Part shown: one piece after another, positions 62,240-64,000 of the stretch | How positions within the stretch are numbered: position 1 is the stretch's first letter | How the letters are laid out: each line of letters begins with the position of its first letter | Made by a program: the position numbers and the translations under genes | Notes under the pieces: model-generated | The model's database searches: none | Told to the model about the DNA's origin: nothing | The model's input: only the letters and a program-made list of their open reading frames with translations | Source of the DNA: the human T2T-CHM13v2.0 reference genome, Homo sapiens | Direction: 5' to 3' (one strand) | DNA: 64,000 nt | Assembly (NCBI RefSeq): GCF_009914755.1 | Contig: NC_060931.1

Positions 62240-64000
<1,761 letters not shown>

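Overview
Primate (almost certainly human, chr7q33) genomic DNA holding the tandem aldo-keto reductase paralogs on the + strand. It contains the 3' half of AKR1B10 (exons 5-10, 2731-7169) and the complete AKR1B15 (316-aa form, exons 31516-45585). Positions 1-~12256 and ~38870-~50690 are the two copies of a tandem duplication. Between and after the genes is a dense stack of endogenous retroviruses: (1) a 3'-truncated HERV-I/LTR10B-type provirus (12257-~25615) with a near full-length HERV-T/S71 (LTR6) provirus nested in its RNase H (14557-23946); (2) an antisense solo LTR12; (3) an internally deleted ERV9/LTR12 provirus inserted in the AKR1B15 5' UTR (29606-31464); (4) a sense MER11 LTR in AKR1B15 intron 3; (5) a HERV-W/LTR17 provirus (51465-59086) carrying a nested MER9 LTR. 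Main signal: AKR1B15 appears rewired by retroviruses. A second transcript can be built from the HERV-T LTR promoter and splice donor, a HERV-T env exon, and an ERV9 env cytoplasmic-tail exon that supplies a new 50-aa N-terminus spliced in frame to AKR exon 2. The ancestral promoter has been pushed ~1.9 kb away by the ERV9 insertion. Also seen: patchwork near-identity between the paralogs that spares specificity-determining codons, and three templated-insertion scars. Repeat family names and gene identities come from recall of consensus sequences, not from database searches. Coordinates of old repeats are approximate.
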